A DNA stretch of 46,258 bases from a virus (taxonomy: Duplodnaviria; Caudoviricetes): positions 1 to 46,258 of IMG/VR virus record IMGVR_UViG_3300045996_000626, one strand, 5' to 3'. The translations under genes and the position numbers were made by a program. The notes beneath the pieces were generated by a model. The model saw only the letters and a list, made by a program, of their open reading frames with translations. It had not been told where the DNA came from and did no database searches. Shown here one piece after another: positions 8,717 to 18,539 of the stretch (the first letter of the stretch is position 1; every line of letters begins with the position of its first letter).

Positions 8717-9679
8717 ATGTCTCTCCCTACCGATACCTTCACGACCTATTTGGCCGTGGGCAACCGCGAAGACCTGTCCGACGACATCTATCGCATTGAC
8801 CCGACCGACACCCCGTTCATGACGGGCGTTGCCAAGGTGAAAGCCTCTGCCGTCAACCACGAATGGCAGACCCAGGCGCTTGCCTCTGTTGACACCTCCA
8901 ACGCGGTGCTCGAAGGCGACGACGCCACGACCGACGCGGCGACTGCAACTGTCCGCCTCGGCAACATCTGCCAGATCTCCGACAAGGTGGCTCGCGTCAC
9001 CGGCACGCAGCAGGCTGTTGAGCACGCTGGCCGCGACGACGAGTTGGCCTATCAGGAAATGCTCAAGGGCATGGAACTGAAGCGCGACATGGAGTCGATC
9101 CTTGTCGGCACCAACCAAGCCAAGAACACTGGCGCTGCTGCAACGGCCCGCAAGACGGCCTCGATCCTCTCCTGGATCAAGACCAACACCTCCAAGGGCA
9201 CGGCGGGCGGCGCTGCCGATCCGACAACTGCTGACGGCGCGGGCACCCGCACCGATGGCACTCAGATTGCGTTCACGGAAGCCCGTCTGAAGACGGTTTT
9301 CTCCGCGATCTGGACTGCCGGTGGCAAGCCGAACGTTGTGTTCACGGGCGCTTTCAACAAGCAGGCGTTCTCGACCTTCACCGGTCGCGCCACTGTGACC
9401 GAGGATGCGAAGTCCAAGACCATCATTGCGTCGGTTGACGCCTATGAGTCCGATTTCGGCAAGGTCAAGGTTGTCCCCAACCGCTTCCAGCGCAGCCGCG
9501 ACGTGCTGGTTCTGGAAATGGACAAGTGGGAACTCGCGCACCTGAATGGCCGCAAGATGGTCAGCACCCCGCTGGCGATCACTGGCGACTCGCGCCGCAA
9601 GCACATCCTCTCTGAGTACGCACTGGTTGCGTGCAACGAGAAGGCGAGCGGCGGCGTGTTCGACAACACCACCTCGTAA
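8717..9679 (+). CDS. Major capsid protein (DUF5309/SU10-like)
   Basis: GNREDLSDDIYRIDPTDTPF, HEWQTQ.L, EGDDA, ELKRDME, YESDFG.VKVVPNRF, TGDSRRKHILSEY.L. Confidence 0.95.
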   Translation: MSLPTDTFTTYLAVGNREDLSDDIYRIDPTDTPFMTGVAKVKASAVNHEWQTQALASVDTSNAVLEGDDATTDAATATVRLGNICQISDKVARVTGTQQAVEHAGRDDELAYQEMLKGMELKRDMESILVGTNQAKNTGAAATARKTASILSWIKTNTSKGTAGGAADPTTADGAGTRTDGTQIAFTEARLKTVFSAIWTAGGKPNVVFTGAFNKQAFSTFTGRATVTEDAKSKTIIASVDAYESDFGKVKVVPNRFQRSRDVLVLEMDKWELAHLNGRKMVSTPLAITGDSRRKHILSEYALVACNEKASGGVFDNTTS

Positions 9680-9744
9680 CCATAGGAACGGGGGCCGCGC
9701 CAATGCGGTCCCCAACCCATAACAAACAATAAGGGGACACTCCT

Positions 9745-10305
9745 ATGTCTACAATCTACACCCTACAGAACGAGTCCGACATCGGCACTGTTGCCGACGC
9801 TGACCAACTCGCAATCTATGACGCGAGCAGCGGCAGGACAAAGAGCGTCACGGCACTGGGCCTGAAGAACTACGGTTCCGTTGGCTCGCTTGTTGCCGGT
9901 GGCGCAACCCTGACCGTTGTCGAGGCAACCCACGCCGGCAAGATCATCGCGCTGGATACGGCTGCCGGCACCATCGTCACCCTGCCGACCAGCACGGGCG
10001 GCGGCGCGGTCTATCGCTTCCTGGTAACGGTTACCGCAACGTCGAACAGCCACGTCATCAAGGTTGGCAACGCGACCGACGAAATGCGCGGCTATGTCAT
10101 TCAGGACTCCGACACGGCGACTGCCCCGAACATCTGGTGGGCAGCCGACAACGACGACACCATCACTCTGAACCGCACGACCTCCGGTCTGGCGGCGCAG
10201 GGTGAGTATTTCGAGATCGTGGACGCCACCTCCGGTCACTTCTTTGTCCGGGGCGTCTCACAGGCGAGCGGCACTGAAGTTACGCCGTTCTCCGCGACTG
10301 TCTAA
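9745..10305 (+). CDS. Putative capsid decoration protein
   Basis: Follows the capsid gene; HAGKII.LD..AG..VTLP..TGGG..YRF motif. Confidence 0.7.
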   Translation: MSTIYTLQNESDIGTVADADQLAIYDASSGRTKSVTALGLKNYGSVGSLVAGGATLTVVEATHAGKIIALDTAAGTIVTLPTSTGGGAVYRFLVTVTATSNSHVIKVGNATDEMRGYVIQDSDTATAPNIWWAADNDDTITLNRTTSGLAAQGEYFEIVDATSGHFFVRGVSQASGTEVTPFSATV

Positions 10306-10336
10306 TAACAACAAGAGCGGGTTAACCGCCGAACCT

Positions 10337-10371
10337 TGGGCGGGGCGCAAATGCCTCGCCCATTTTCATTT
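10337..10371 (+). terminator. Rho-independent terminator after the capsid and decoration genes
   Basis: TGGGCGGGGCG-CAAA-TGCCTCGCCCA followed by TTTTCATTT. Confidence 0.7.
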
Positions 10372-10391
10372 CACTCTGAGGAAACAAATCA

Positions 10392-10757
10392 ATGGCTCTC
10401 CCTGTTCCACGGCCCATTAGCGAAACGCAGGTTTCCGCTTACATGGCCGACCTTTCAACCGCAAGCTCGGCGTTTACGGTGGCTCCCTGCCGTGGCCGCG
10501 TCGTGCGGGCGTTCTCCACCATCTACAACGCCACAACCGGCGCGGATGCTGTGTGGACAATGAAGATCAACGGCACGGCGATCACCGGCGTCTCGGTGAC
10601 TGTCACGCAGTCCGGCTCGGCTGCCGGCGACGTTGACACCGGCAACCCAACAGCAGCCAACACGGTCAACGAAGGCGACAACATCGAGTTCGTTTCCGAT
10701 GGCGCGTCCTCGACAACCTGCCCGACCATGTTCGTGGCCGTCATCGAGCGGGATTAA
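10392..10757 (+). CDS. Virion structural protein
   Basis: GAGG RBS; Thr/Ala-rich beta protein in the head module. Confidence 0.75.
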   Translation: MALPVPRPISETQVSAYMADLSTASSAFTVAPCRGRVVRAFSTIYNATTGADAVWTMKINGTAITGVSVTVTQSGSAAGDVDTGNPTAANTVNEGDNIEFVSDGASSTTCPTMFVAVIERD

Positions 10758-11044
10758 TGAACATGCAGTATTTCGGAACGGGCCGTCTCGGTACGCACCA
10801 AAGCGTTGCGTATACCGGGACGGCGGGCACCATCACAACTGCGATGAGCGACGGCGTGAATAAGGTGCGCGTTGTCGTCACCACGACGGCATACATCAAG
10901 ATCGGTTCCAGCCCCACGGCGACGACCTCGGATGTGTATCTGCCGGCTGATGCGGCGGAGTATTTCACCATTCGCCCCGGCGAGAAAGTATCCGCAATCC
11001 AAGTGGCGAGCGGCGGCACCCTTCACGTCACAGAGATCGTCTAA
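10757..11044 (+). CDS. Virion structural protein
   Basis: Coupled; VRVV..T.AYIKIG.SPTATT.D.YLPAD..EYF pattern seen in phage head modules. Confidence 0.75.
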   Translation: MNMQYFGTGRLGTHQSVAYTGTAGTITTAMSDGVNKVRVVVTTTAYIKIGSSPTATTSDVYLPADAAEYFTIRPGEKVSAIQVASGGTLHVTEIV

Positions 11045-14000
11045 ATGAACTTCGGCAGGCTCGGCAAGTTTTTCGGCAAGGCGGGCGCGTTGTTTTTCCT
11101 TCGCGACCCGTTCCCTGAGTTTGTTGAGCCGGAAGTTGACACCACACCGGATGCCTTTGTGCTTACCGATCTGTTGGTCACCGAGACATCGACTGTCTAT
11201 GAGTCCAACACCATCACCGTCAACGGCATCACGCCGGGCGAAACCGTTGCCCTGACCATCACGGGCGGCGATTACGCCATTGGCGTGCTTGGCGGATCGT
11301 TCGGTGCCTGGGCATCGTCCGCAACGACGGTGCAGGCCGGTGATATTGTAAAAGTCCGCACCACAAGCTCGGCCAGCGATTCAACCTCTGTCAACGTAGT
11401 TCTAACCATCGGTGGCGTGTCCGATACTTGGACCGTGACAACCGATGCAGCGGTTCCCGTCGCTGACACCACCCCCGACGCCTTCACCTTCACCGATCAA
11501 AGCGACATCCAAGCCGGTGTTGTGACCGAGAGCAACGAGATTCAGGTTCTCGGCACGACCCACGGCGCACCCGTTGCGATGACGATTACAGGCGGCGAGT
11601 ATTCGGTCAATAGCGGCGCTTGGTCATCGGCTGCGCGTAACGTTGTTTTAGGCGACCTAATCAAGGTGCGCGGCACCGCTGTTCCTGCGGCAGACCCCGA
11701 CGAGGCCAGTGTTGTATTCCGCTCAAGCTTCGAAGCCGCGAACGGCTCGACCACCGTCACCGACGACAGCCCCACGCCTCACACCCCCACGGTGTCGGGC
11801 ACCGGGGCGCAAATCAGAACGAGCAAGTTCAAGTTCGGGGCCTCGTCCTATTACAACGCCCTGAGCGGCGCAAACGGCAAGATCAGCATACCGGACCACG
11901 CGGATTTTGAGTTTGCCGCAGGCAACTTCACCCTGGAAGGCTGGTTTGCTTGGGCTGCGACGGCATCTAGCACGGCCTACCTTCTCACAAAGGACAACAC
12001 CACCGGCAACCAGCGGTCATGGCAGTTTTTCTACAGTGCCAGCGCGGACAAGCTGGTCCTCAGCCTCTCCGCCGATGGCGTCACTTATACGCAAGTGGCG
12101 GTGGAAACCGGCACATGGGTTCCGGTCACCAATCAGTGGTATCACCTCGTCGCTGATTTCGACGGCACGACCTACCGCATCTATCGCGACGGCGTCATGG
12201 TCGGCAGCGGCACCGCGCTGGTCACCGCCTTTAACAGCACCGCTCCTTTCTGCATTGGCAACAATGACAACGCGGATGCCGAGTTTCCCGGCTATATCGA
12301 CGAGGTTCGGATTACCAATGGCGCTGCGCGCTATGGCAGCAATAACGGCTATACCGTTCCCGCTGCTCGCTATGGCCGATCCTCCGACACGGGGTCAGTC
12401 GCCGTTGCCCTGACCGTTGGCGGAGTGAGCGACACCTTCACCATCGCGACAATCGCAACTCCGTCTGCACTCGACACCACCCCGACCGCCTTCACATTCG
12501 ATCCCCTCGTTGATGTGGGCTTCGAGCTTCAATACGAAAGCAACACGATCACCGTTGCCGGGATTAATACCGCCTCGCCGATCTCGGTCACCGGAGGCGA
12601 ATACTCCAAGAACGGCGGGGCCTACATCTCCACCGCAGGCACCGTTGTTGTGGGCGACACCGTCAAGGTGCGCGTCACAAGCTCCGCCCTGAACTCCACG
12701 ACCACGACCGCCACCCTCACCATCGGTGGCGTGTCCGATGGCTTCGATGTGACCACGGCTGCGGTTGGCAATAGCGCGCAGTCCATCATCTTGGACACCG
12801 ACATCGGCGGCGACGTTGACGACATCGTGGCGCTTGGCTTGCTTGCGAAAAAGCACGTTGCTGGCCTGATTAACCTTCTGGCGGTTGTTATCTCCACCGA
12901 CTCCGACGCCGATGCGGGCGCAGCCCGCGCCACGCTGGATCACTACGATTGCGATGATGTCCCGGTCTATGCCTATCAGGGCACGATTGCCACGACATTC
13001 ATTGACCAATATTCGACGGCGGTGCGCGACCGTTTCGGCACCGTTGGACAATCTCGCACGGCTTTCACCGATGACCTGATTGGCTTGCGTACCCTGCTGG
13101 CGCAGGTTCCCAATTCTTCGGTTAAATATCTTTGCATCGGCGGCCACACCTCAGCCTCGCGGCTGCGGACCAGCCCGGCTGACGGCATCTCGGCGCTCAC
13201 CGGCAATCAGCTTGTCACCAACAAGATCACTGAACTCTACACCATTGCCGGCTTCTTTAATCCCGAGACAGGCGCGATTGAATACAACCTGAGCCGCGAT
13301 CCTACCGCGTCACAGGACATTGCGGACAACTGGCCAACGCCGGTGATCTGGCATGGTCAGGAAATCGGCGCGACGGTCGCTGTCAGTCCTCCATTCGGGG
13401 CAAATCCGCACGAGGACCCGATCCGCTATGCGTGGGAGGCTTATGACATCGCTGGCGGGTCATGGTCTTCAACCGAGGGCAAGCGCCAAGCCTGGGACCC
13501 GCTGCTAGCCTTGTATGGCTCTGATTCTGCTCACCGCACGCAATACGGCTTTTTCCGGGAGAATGCGACGGTTTCAGTGTCGGTGGCGGGTGTGGGCACA
13601 TCCTCGGCCACGGCTGGAAACGATGACATCGTGTCCAAGGTGGCATCGGACGCAACCCTCGCGGCTGAGATTGAGGCTGATCTGGAAGAACTGATTGGCA
13701 TTTCGTACACGAACCTCGTTTCGAAATCCAACGGCTTCCTGACGCGGACGACCGCGCCCATCTACACCACGCCGTGGACGACATTCAACGGCACGGTGAC
13801 CTATGGCTTTGCCGATCCATTCGGCGGCACCGATGCCTTCAAGTTTACCGAGACTACGGCAAACGGTGTTCATGCGGTCAGCGCCAAAGAGTTCTGGACC
13901 GTTAGCGCCACGTCCTACGTCGGTGAGTTTTACGCCAAGATGGGCACTTGGCGTTATGTGCAAATCAGTCTTGGGGCAGGCGGTTTCTCGACCCAACGCT

Positions 14001-15364
14001 TTGCCAACTTCGACCTGCAATCAGGCGTGGTCGGCACCAAGGGCACCGGCACCACCGCGTCGTGGATTACGCCGGTCCCCGGTCAGGATGGCTGGTATCG
14101 GATTGGAATGAGGGGCACGGCGACGGCCAGCGCTTACAGCGGCGGCATTACCATTGTCAGCGTTCCCTCCGCAAGCGCAACGCGCAACCAAAGCTTTGCC
14201 GGCTCGACCTCTAACGATTTCTACTTCTACGGCGCGTCCCTGGTGGCGGGCGTTACGACGACGCAAACCTATGTTTCGACGATGGGAGCCGGGTCCGTCG
14301 CCCCGCCCTCGTCCGGCACATTCGACACGCTCGCTGGTCCGACGCATCCTCTATTTGCCCCGACCTCTTGGCCCTATTACGACATTAGTTCCTCAAGCCT
14401 TCCAATTCATGCTGACTCGGCAAGCTATACCACCGAGTTCGTTGCGAACATCGCGGAATACTACGGCCACGTCGGGATTAATTACGCGCAATACACCGCC
14501 CCGATCTATGTCGTCGATGACACCGTGCCGAACATCTATGTAGCGCACCGGCAGAACGACGGCATAACCATCCATTCGGGCCTGCAAGCCCAGATGGTAG
14601 CGGTTCCGGTCCCTGAATATGCTCAGGTGTCGGTCGGCACTGACAGACAGATGACCATCTATCGTCCCTCGACGGATGAATGCTGGGAGTTGTTTAACAC
14701 CAAGCTGCAAACAGACCTTACCGAGCCGCCCTACGATCTACCGATTCTCGATCCCGACGGCAACGTAGTGAAGTGGGTTATCCGATGGGGTGGGCGCTTA
14801 CAGAATATGTCCACCATCACCCCCCAATTCACCAAGCCTTATGGGCAAATGGCGTCGGGCATTCCCGTTCTTGCTCAGATGGTGCTTGTGCACGAGATGC
14901 AGACCGCTCTCGCCACGACGGGATACGGCTCGCTGCCGCACAGCGTCAAGTTTGGCTACACGCCCAAAACAGCGGATTGGCGGCGCTTTTCGTGGCCGGC
15001 GAATCGTTCAGACGGAGGCAGCACCAGAACGGAGCCATTCCGCATTATGTACGGTCAACGCTTCCGGCTTCCGCCAACTCTTGATCTCGACGATTACCCC
15101 TCGCTGCACCCAATCGCGAAGGTCATATTCCGCACCCTGCAAAAGCACGGCGGGGTCATCGCCGACCGTGGCGGGCTGGTAACCGTCGCCTTTGAAAATC
15201 GACAACGCTGGACCTCGCAAGGCCAGCCCGATCCGTGGGCTCCGATTTTCAACGGCACGCCCAGCTATGACGTTTTCGACGGGTTCCCCTGGAGTTCGGT
15301 GGAGTGGCTGCCGCTCGACTTCGGCAGGCCGGGCACGACCTACGCCGGGAATACCGGTTACTAA
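11045..15364 (+). CDS. Large multidomain virion fibre-like protein (DTTPDAF Ig-like repeats, LamG/ConA-like lectin, nucleoside-hydrolase-like domain, uncharacterised C-terminal domain)
   Basis: DTTP(D/T)AF at about 11138, 11465 and 12473; LamG signature NFTLEGW...NQWYHLV...RIYRDG...GYIDEVRIT; IILDTDIGGDVDD...EYN..RDP..A...AWDP. Confidence 0.85.
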   Translation: MNFGRLGKFFGKAGALFFLRDPFPEFVEPEVDTTPDAFVLTDLLVTETSTVYESNTITVNGITPGETVALTITGGDYAIGVLGGSFGAWASSATTVQAGDIVKVRTTSSASDSTSVNVVLTIGGVSDTWTVTTDAAVPVADTTPDAFTFTDQSDIQAGVVTESNEIQVLGTTHGAPVAMTITGGEYSVNSGAWSSAARNVVLGDLIKVRGTAVPAADPDEASVVFRSSFEAANGSTTVTDDSPTPHTPTVSGTGAQIRTSKFKFGASSYYNALSGANGKISIPDHADFEFAAGNFTLEGWFAWAATASSTAYLLTKDNTTGNQRSWQFFYSASADKLVLSLSADGVTYTQVAVETGTWVPVTNQWYHLVADFDGTTYRIYRDGVMVGSGTALVTAFNSTAPFCIGNNDNADAEFPGYIDEVRITNGAARYGSNNGYTVPAARYGRSSDTGSVAVALTVGGVSDTFTIATIATPSALDTTPTAFTFDPLVDVGFELQYESNTITVAGINTASPISVTGGEYSKNGGAYISTAGTVVVGDTVKVRVTSSALNSTTTTATLTIGGVSDGFDVTTAAVGNSAQSIILDTDIGGDVDDIVALGLLAKKHVAGLINLLAVVISTDSDADAGAARATLDHYDCDDVPVYAYQGTIATTFIDQYSTAVRDRFGTVGQSRTAFTDDLIGLRTLLAQVPNSSVKYLCIGGHTSASRLRTSPADGISALTGNQLVTNKITELYTIAGFFNPETGAIEYNLSRDPTASQDIADNWPTPVIWHGQEIGATVAVSPPFGANPHEDPIRYAWEAYDIAGGSWSSTEGKRQAWDPLLALYGSDSAHRTQYGFFRENATVSVSVAGVGTSSATAGNDDIVSKVASDATLAAEIEADLEELIGISYTNLVSKSNGFLTRTTAPIYTTPWTTFNGTVTYGFADPFGGTDAFKFTETTANGVHAVSAKEFWTVSATSYVGEFYAKMGTWRYVQISLGAGGFSTQRFANFDLQSGVVGTKGTGTTASWITPVPGQDGWYRIGMRGTATASAYSGGITIVSVPSASATRNQSFAGSTSNDFYFYGASLVAGVTTTQTYVSTMGAGSVAPPSSGTFDTLAGPTHPLFAPTSWPYYDISSSSLPIHADSASYTTEFVANIAEYYGHVGINYAQYTAPIYVVDDTVPNIYVAHRQNDGITIHSGLQAQMVAVPVPEYAQVSVGTDRQMTIYRPSTDECWELFNTKLQTDLTEPPYDLPILDPDGNVVKWVIRWGGRLQNMSTITPQFTKPYGQMASGIPVLAQMVLVHEMQTALATTGYGSLPHSVKFGYTPKTADWRRFSWPANRSDGGSTRTEPFRIMYGQRFRLPPTLDLDDYPSLHPIAKVIFRTLQKHGGVIADRGGLVTVAFENRQRWTSQGQPDPWAPIFNGTPSYDVFDGFPWSSVEWLPLDFGRPGTTYAGNTGY

Positions 15365-15438
15365 TGCCGGTCCTTGAGGCGTTGCCGGTCATCCTGATGG
15401 CGCTCGCCATCGTGTTCCTTCCGCTGCTCGATCACTGA
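15364..15438 (+). CDS. Possible 24-aa hydrophobic peptide
   Basis: TAATG coupling; MPVLEALPVILMALAIVFLPLLDH*; fills the gap to the next RBS. Confidence 0.4.
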   Translation: MPVLEALPVILMALAIVFLPLLDH

Positions 15439-15444
15439 GGCACA

Positions 15445-15765
15445 ATGACGACTGTTACAGAACTTTCCCTTGACCGGGGCGAGAAGCTCATCGTTGCGCG
15501 CACCGTGCAGGACGTTGAGCCGATCCTCGAACACAACAGGATGTTGCGCTCGATTGAGCAAAAAAGCGACTGGGGGCGGCACGTCGCCTCCATTCCCAAC
15601 GTGATCCTCGTCAAGTGGGCTAATGAGGAATACGAGCGCGGCAACGTCTCGGTGCGCCTGTTCACGCCCGAGTTCGACAAGATCGTTGAACGCAAGCTGA
15701 AAGACCCGGAGTGGGCCTATCTCCGCACTGACATGAAATCACATCGCACAGGGTACGGCAGCTAA
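15445..15765 (+). CDS. Conserved phage protein preceding the head-tail adaptor
   Basis: QDVEPILEHN...RHVASIP.V...LKDPEWAYLRT pattern. Confidence 0.8.
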   Translation: MTTVTELSLDRGEKLIVARTVQDVEPILEHNRMLRSIEQKSDWGRHVASIPNVILVKWANEEYERGNVSVRLFTPEFDKIVERKLKDPEWAYLRTDMKSHRTGYGS

Positions 15766-16365
15766 ATGGCGCTCACCACATACGCAGAATTGCAGACAGC
15801 CGTTGAAAACTGGCTCGCCCGCGACGACTTGACGGACTATATCCCGGACTTCATCACGCTGTTTGAAGCCCACGCCAACCGCGTCTTGCGCGTGCGGCAG
15901 ATGGAAACCACGACATCGCTGACGCCATCGTCAGGCGCAGCCACGCTGCCGAGCGACTTCCTTGCCGCCCGCCGCGTGACCTGGGCGGGGGACACCTCGC
16001 GTCAGCTTGAATACATGCACCCCGATCTGCTCTATGCGTCCTACCCGGATTCGTCGGAAGGCGTGCCGGTCAACTACACGATCGAGGGCTCGACGCTGAC
16101 GGTGCGGCCATCCAGCGACGACTCCATTACGCTCGGATATTTCGAGAAGATCGACGCGCTTTCCGGCTCGGTCAACTGGCTCTTTAGCTCGCACCCCGAC
16201 GCCTACCTGTTCGGCACGCTGGCAGAGGCGCACGGATTTCAGGTTGACGAGAGCAGGCTGCAACTCTGGGCACAACGCCGTGATCAGGCGCTAGAGGCTG
16301 TCCGGGGGGCCAGTTTCCTGAGCCGTAGCGGGATGACCACGCGGCACATGGGCGCGACTCCCTGA
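15766..16365 (+). CDS. Head-tail adaptor (tail tubular protein A-like)
   Basis: MALTTYAELQTAV..WL.R.DL...IPDFI.L.E, LPSDF, NWL...HPD.YL.G.L.EA. Confidence 0.85.
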   Translation: MALTTYAELQTAVENWLARDDLTDYIPDFITLFEAHANRVLRVRQMETTTSLTPSSGAATLPSDFLAARRVTWAGDTSRQLEYMHPDLLYASYPDSSEGVPVNYTIEGSTLTVRPSSDDSITLGYFEKIDALSGSVNWLFSSHPDAYLFGTLAEAHGFQVDESRLQLWAQRRDQALEAVRGASFLSRSGMTTRHMGATP

Positions 16366-17828
16366 TGCCGATCCTTATGTTTCCGACCTATGCCCCGGAC
16401 GTTACAGACTTTCAGGCGATGTCTACGGCATCTCTGCTCAACGTACTGCCGCGCGGTGACGGCTATGGGCCATTTCCTGACTTCGCCGCCTATAGCGACC
16501 CGGCAGCGGCGGCGTGCCAAGGGTTCTTTCGCGCCCTGAAAAGCGACGGCACCTCCCAGCTATTCATGGGAACGGTGAACAAGCTGCGTTTGATGAATCC
16601 GACGACGCTGGCATGGGATGATGTATCGAAGGCGCTGGGCACCTATACCGACCTTTCGAGCGGTCACAACTGGCAATTCGCACAGTTCGGCGATCTTGTC
16701 ATTGCGGTCCAAGCTAATACCGTTCCGCAGGTTTACGACCTCTCAAGTTCGACGGAGTTTGCCGACCTTGGCGGCTCGCCCCCGCAGGCGGCCTATATCT
16801 CCATTGTCGGGCGCTTTGTTGTTCTGAGTGGGCTTCTCTCCGAGCCATACCGCATTCACTGGTCTGGGCTAAACGCGGTTACAACGTGGACCTCGGGGAC
16901 GAGTTCAAGCGACTTCCAGGACCTCCCGGACGGCGGCATTGTGCGCGGCGTGGCGGGTGGTGAGTATGGGACGATCTTTCAGGACGGCGCTATTCGCCGG
17001 ATGCTGTTTGCTCCCGGCTCTCCGCTGATTTTCCAGATTGAGCGCGTATCGGAGGACATGGGACTTCTCGCGCCCTATTCCGTAGTGCGCGCCGGTTCCC
17101 GCACGTTCTTTCTGTCGTCCAACGGGTTTCAGGTGATTGGACCGGGCGGCGCTCCTGTGCCGATTGGCCGGGAACGTGTTGACCGCACCGTCCTTAACGA
17201 ACTGGACCGGGGCGAGATGCAACTGATGCTTGGCGCGTCCGACCCGCGTTCCTCGCGCGTGTTCTGGGCTTACAAGACGGGCGGCTCCGCTGACCTGTTC
17301 GATAAGATTCTGGCTTACGATTACACGCTCGACCGCTGGTCTGCCATCGAGATGCAAGGGGAATATCTCGGCTCGCTGGCGCAGCCGGGAACCAGCCTGG
17401 AATCGCTTGACGCCATTTCCGGTTCGATTGACGACCTGCCGTTTTCGTCGCTGGACGATATTTCTACCGGGGTTTCTCCCGAGATCGCCATGTTCGATTC
17501 GACGCATAAGCTCGGCTTCTTCCGGGGCGCAAACCTTGAGGCCACGCTGGAAACCGCCGAACAGGGTCAGGATGGAAGGCGCTTCTTTGTAAGGGGCTTC
17601 CGCCCGATCACGGATGCCACCACGGTTTACGGCAGACTGTCGAAGCGCGAGACAATGGCTGCGGATGCCACCTATAGCGACGAAACGCTCTTTAGCAGCA
17701 GAACCGGCCTTTGTCCGCAGCGGGTGTCAACGCGCTACTCACGCGGCAAGATACGGATTCCTGCCGGCGAAACCTGGACCTTCGCACAAGGCGTTGAGCC
17801 TGTCGTGACCCCGTTAGGTGAACAATGA
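16365..17828 (+). CDS. Tail nozzle / DNA stabilisation protein (tail tubular B or P22 gp10-like)
   Basis: Position after the adaptor; beta-propeller-like repeats (WQFAQFGD, IHWSGLN, DFQDLPDGG). Confidence 0.8.
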   Translation: MPILMFPTYAPDVTDFQAMSTASLLNVLPRGDGYGPFPDFAAYSDPAAAACQGFFRALKSDGTSQLFMGTVNKLRLMNPTTLAWDDVSKALGTYTDLSSGHNWQFAQFGDLVIAVQANTVPQVYDLSSSTEFADLGGSPPQAAYISIVGRFVVLSGLLSEPYRIHWSGLNAVTTWTSGTSSSDFQDLPDGGIVRGVAGGEYGTIFQDGAIRRMLFAPGSPLIFQIERVSEDMGLLAPYSVVRAGSRTFFLSSNGFQVIGPGGAPVPIGRERVDRTVLNELDRGEMQLMLGASDPRSSRVFWAYKTGGSADLFDKILAYDYTLDRWSAIEMQGEYLGSLAQPGTSLESLDAISGSIDDLPFSSLDDISTGVSPEIAMFDSTHKLGFFRGANLEATLETAEQGQDGRRFFVRGFRPITDATTVYGRLSKRETMAADATYSDETLFSSRTGLCPQRVSTRYSRGKIRIPAGETWTFAQGVEPVVTPLGEQ

Positions 17829-18133
17829 GCGCACCCGTTATTGATCCCAACGAGAAAAACCTTGCCAAGTTCGCCCATGCCATCAACGAACTGGGGCGGG
17901 GCCGGTCCAACTCGGTTGGCAGCTTCACGATGGATGCCGTGGGCGGAAGCACGACAGTCACGGCGTCGAATGTCAGCAGCAGTTCAACCGTCCTGGTGAT
18001 GGCTGAGACGGCTAATGCCGCGACCGAGATGGGCGCGGGGTCACTGAGAATCGTTCCCGGCAAAGGCGAGTTTGTTGTCCATCACACGGCGGGGGTTGGA
18101 GGGCGGACTTTCCGCTGGGCTGCCTTTGGCTGA
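17825..18133 (+). CDS. Small tail-associated protein
   Basis: ATGA overlap; position in the tail module. Confidence 0.7.
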   Translation: MSAPVIDPNEKNLAKFAHAINELGRGRSNSVGSFTMDAVGGSTTVTASNVSSSSTVLVMAETANAATEMGAGSLRIVPGKGEFVVHHTAGVGGRTFRWAAFG

Positions 18134-18539
18134 TGCGGTCCCGATCTGTGTCCCGCCTGACAAGGTGCCGGAGGTTTGGCCCTATGTCTGGGAGATGGTC
18201 GAGAGGGCTTACGACAAGACCGACTTCGGGCTGTTCTCAGAAGTAGAGGAAGCGGTGTTTGCTGGCCGCGCTCTGCTCTGGATTGTGTGGCGCGAGCCTG
18301 AAATCCTCGCCTGCGTCATCACGCAGATACGACCGACCAAGAGAAGCAAGGTTTGCTACCTGAGCGCCTGCGGTGGACGGCAGCGCAAGCTCTGGACCCA
18401 CCTGATGGCGGCAAGCATAGAGAAATACGCCCGCGACATGGGCTGCACCAAGATGCGCGCCACGGGGCGCAAGGGCTGGACGCGGATTCTGCCAGACGCC
18501 CGCGAGACGCTCGCTATTTTCGAGAAGGACTTAACTTAA
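18126..18539 (+). CDS. GNAT-like protein of the podovirus tail/ejection module
   Basis: TTG start inferred; LLWIV...ACGG....W...IEKYARDMGC......GRKGW.R.L pattern. Confidence 0.7.
   Translation: MADAVPICVPPDKVPEVWPYVWEMVERAYDKTDFGLFSEVEEAVFAGRALLWIVWREPEILACVITQIRPTKRSKVCYLSACGGRQRKLWTHLMAASIEKYARDMGCTKMRATGRKGWTRILPDARETLAIFEKDLT

Noticed and set aside
9690-9713. Terminator after the capsid gene
   Set aside because: GC hairpin present but no U-tract; more likely a stability or processing hairpin.
8606-9715. 369-aa minus-strand ORF (and similar long antisense ORFs such as 18845-19831 and 12395-13147)
   Set aside because: Shadow frames of well-supported plus-strand genes in GC-rich DNA, with no recognisable motifs.
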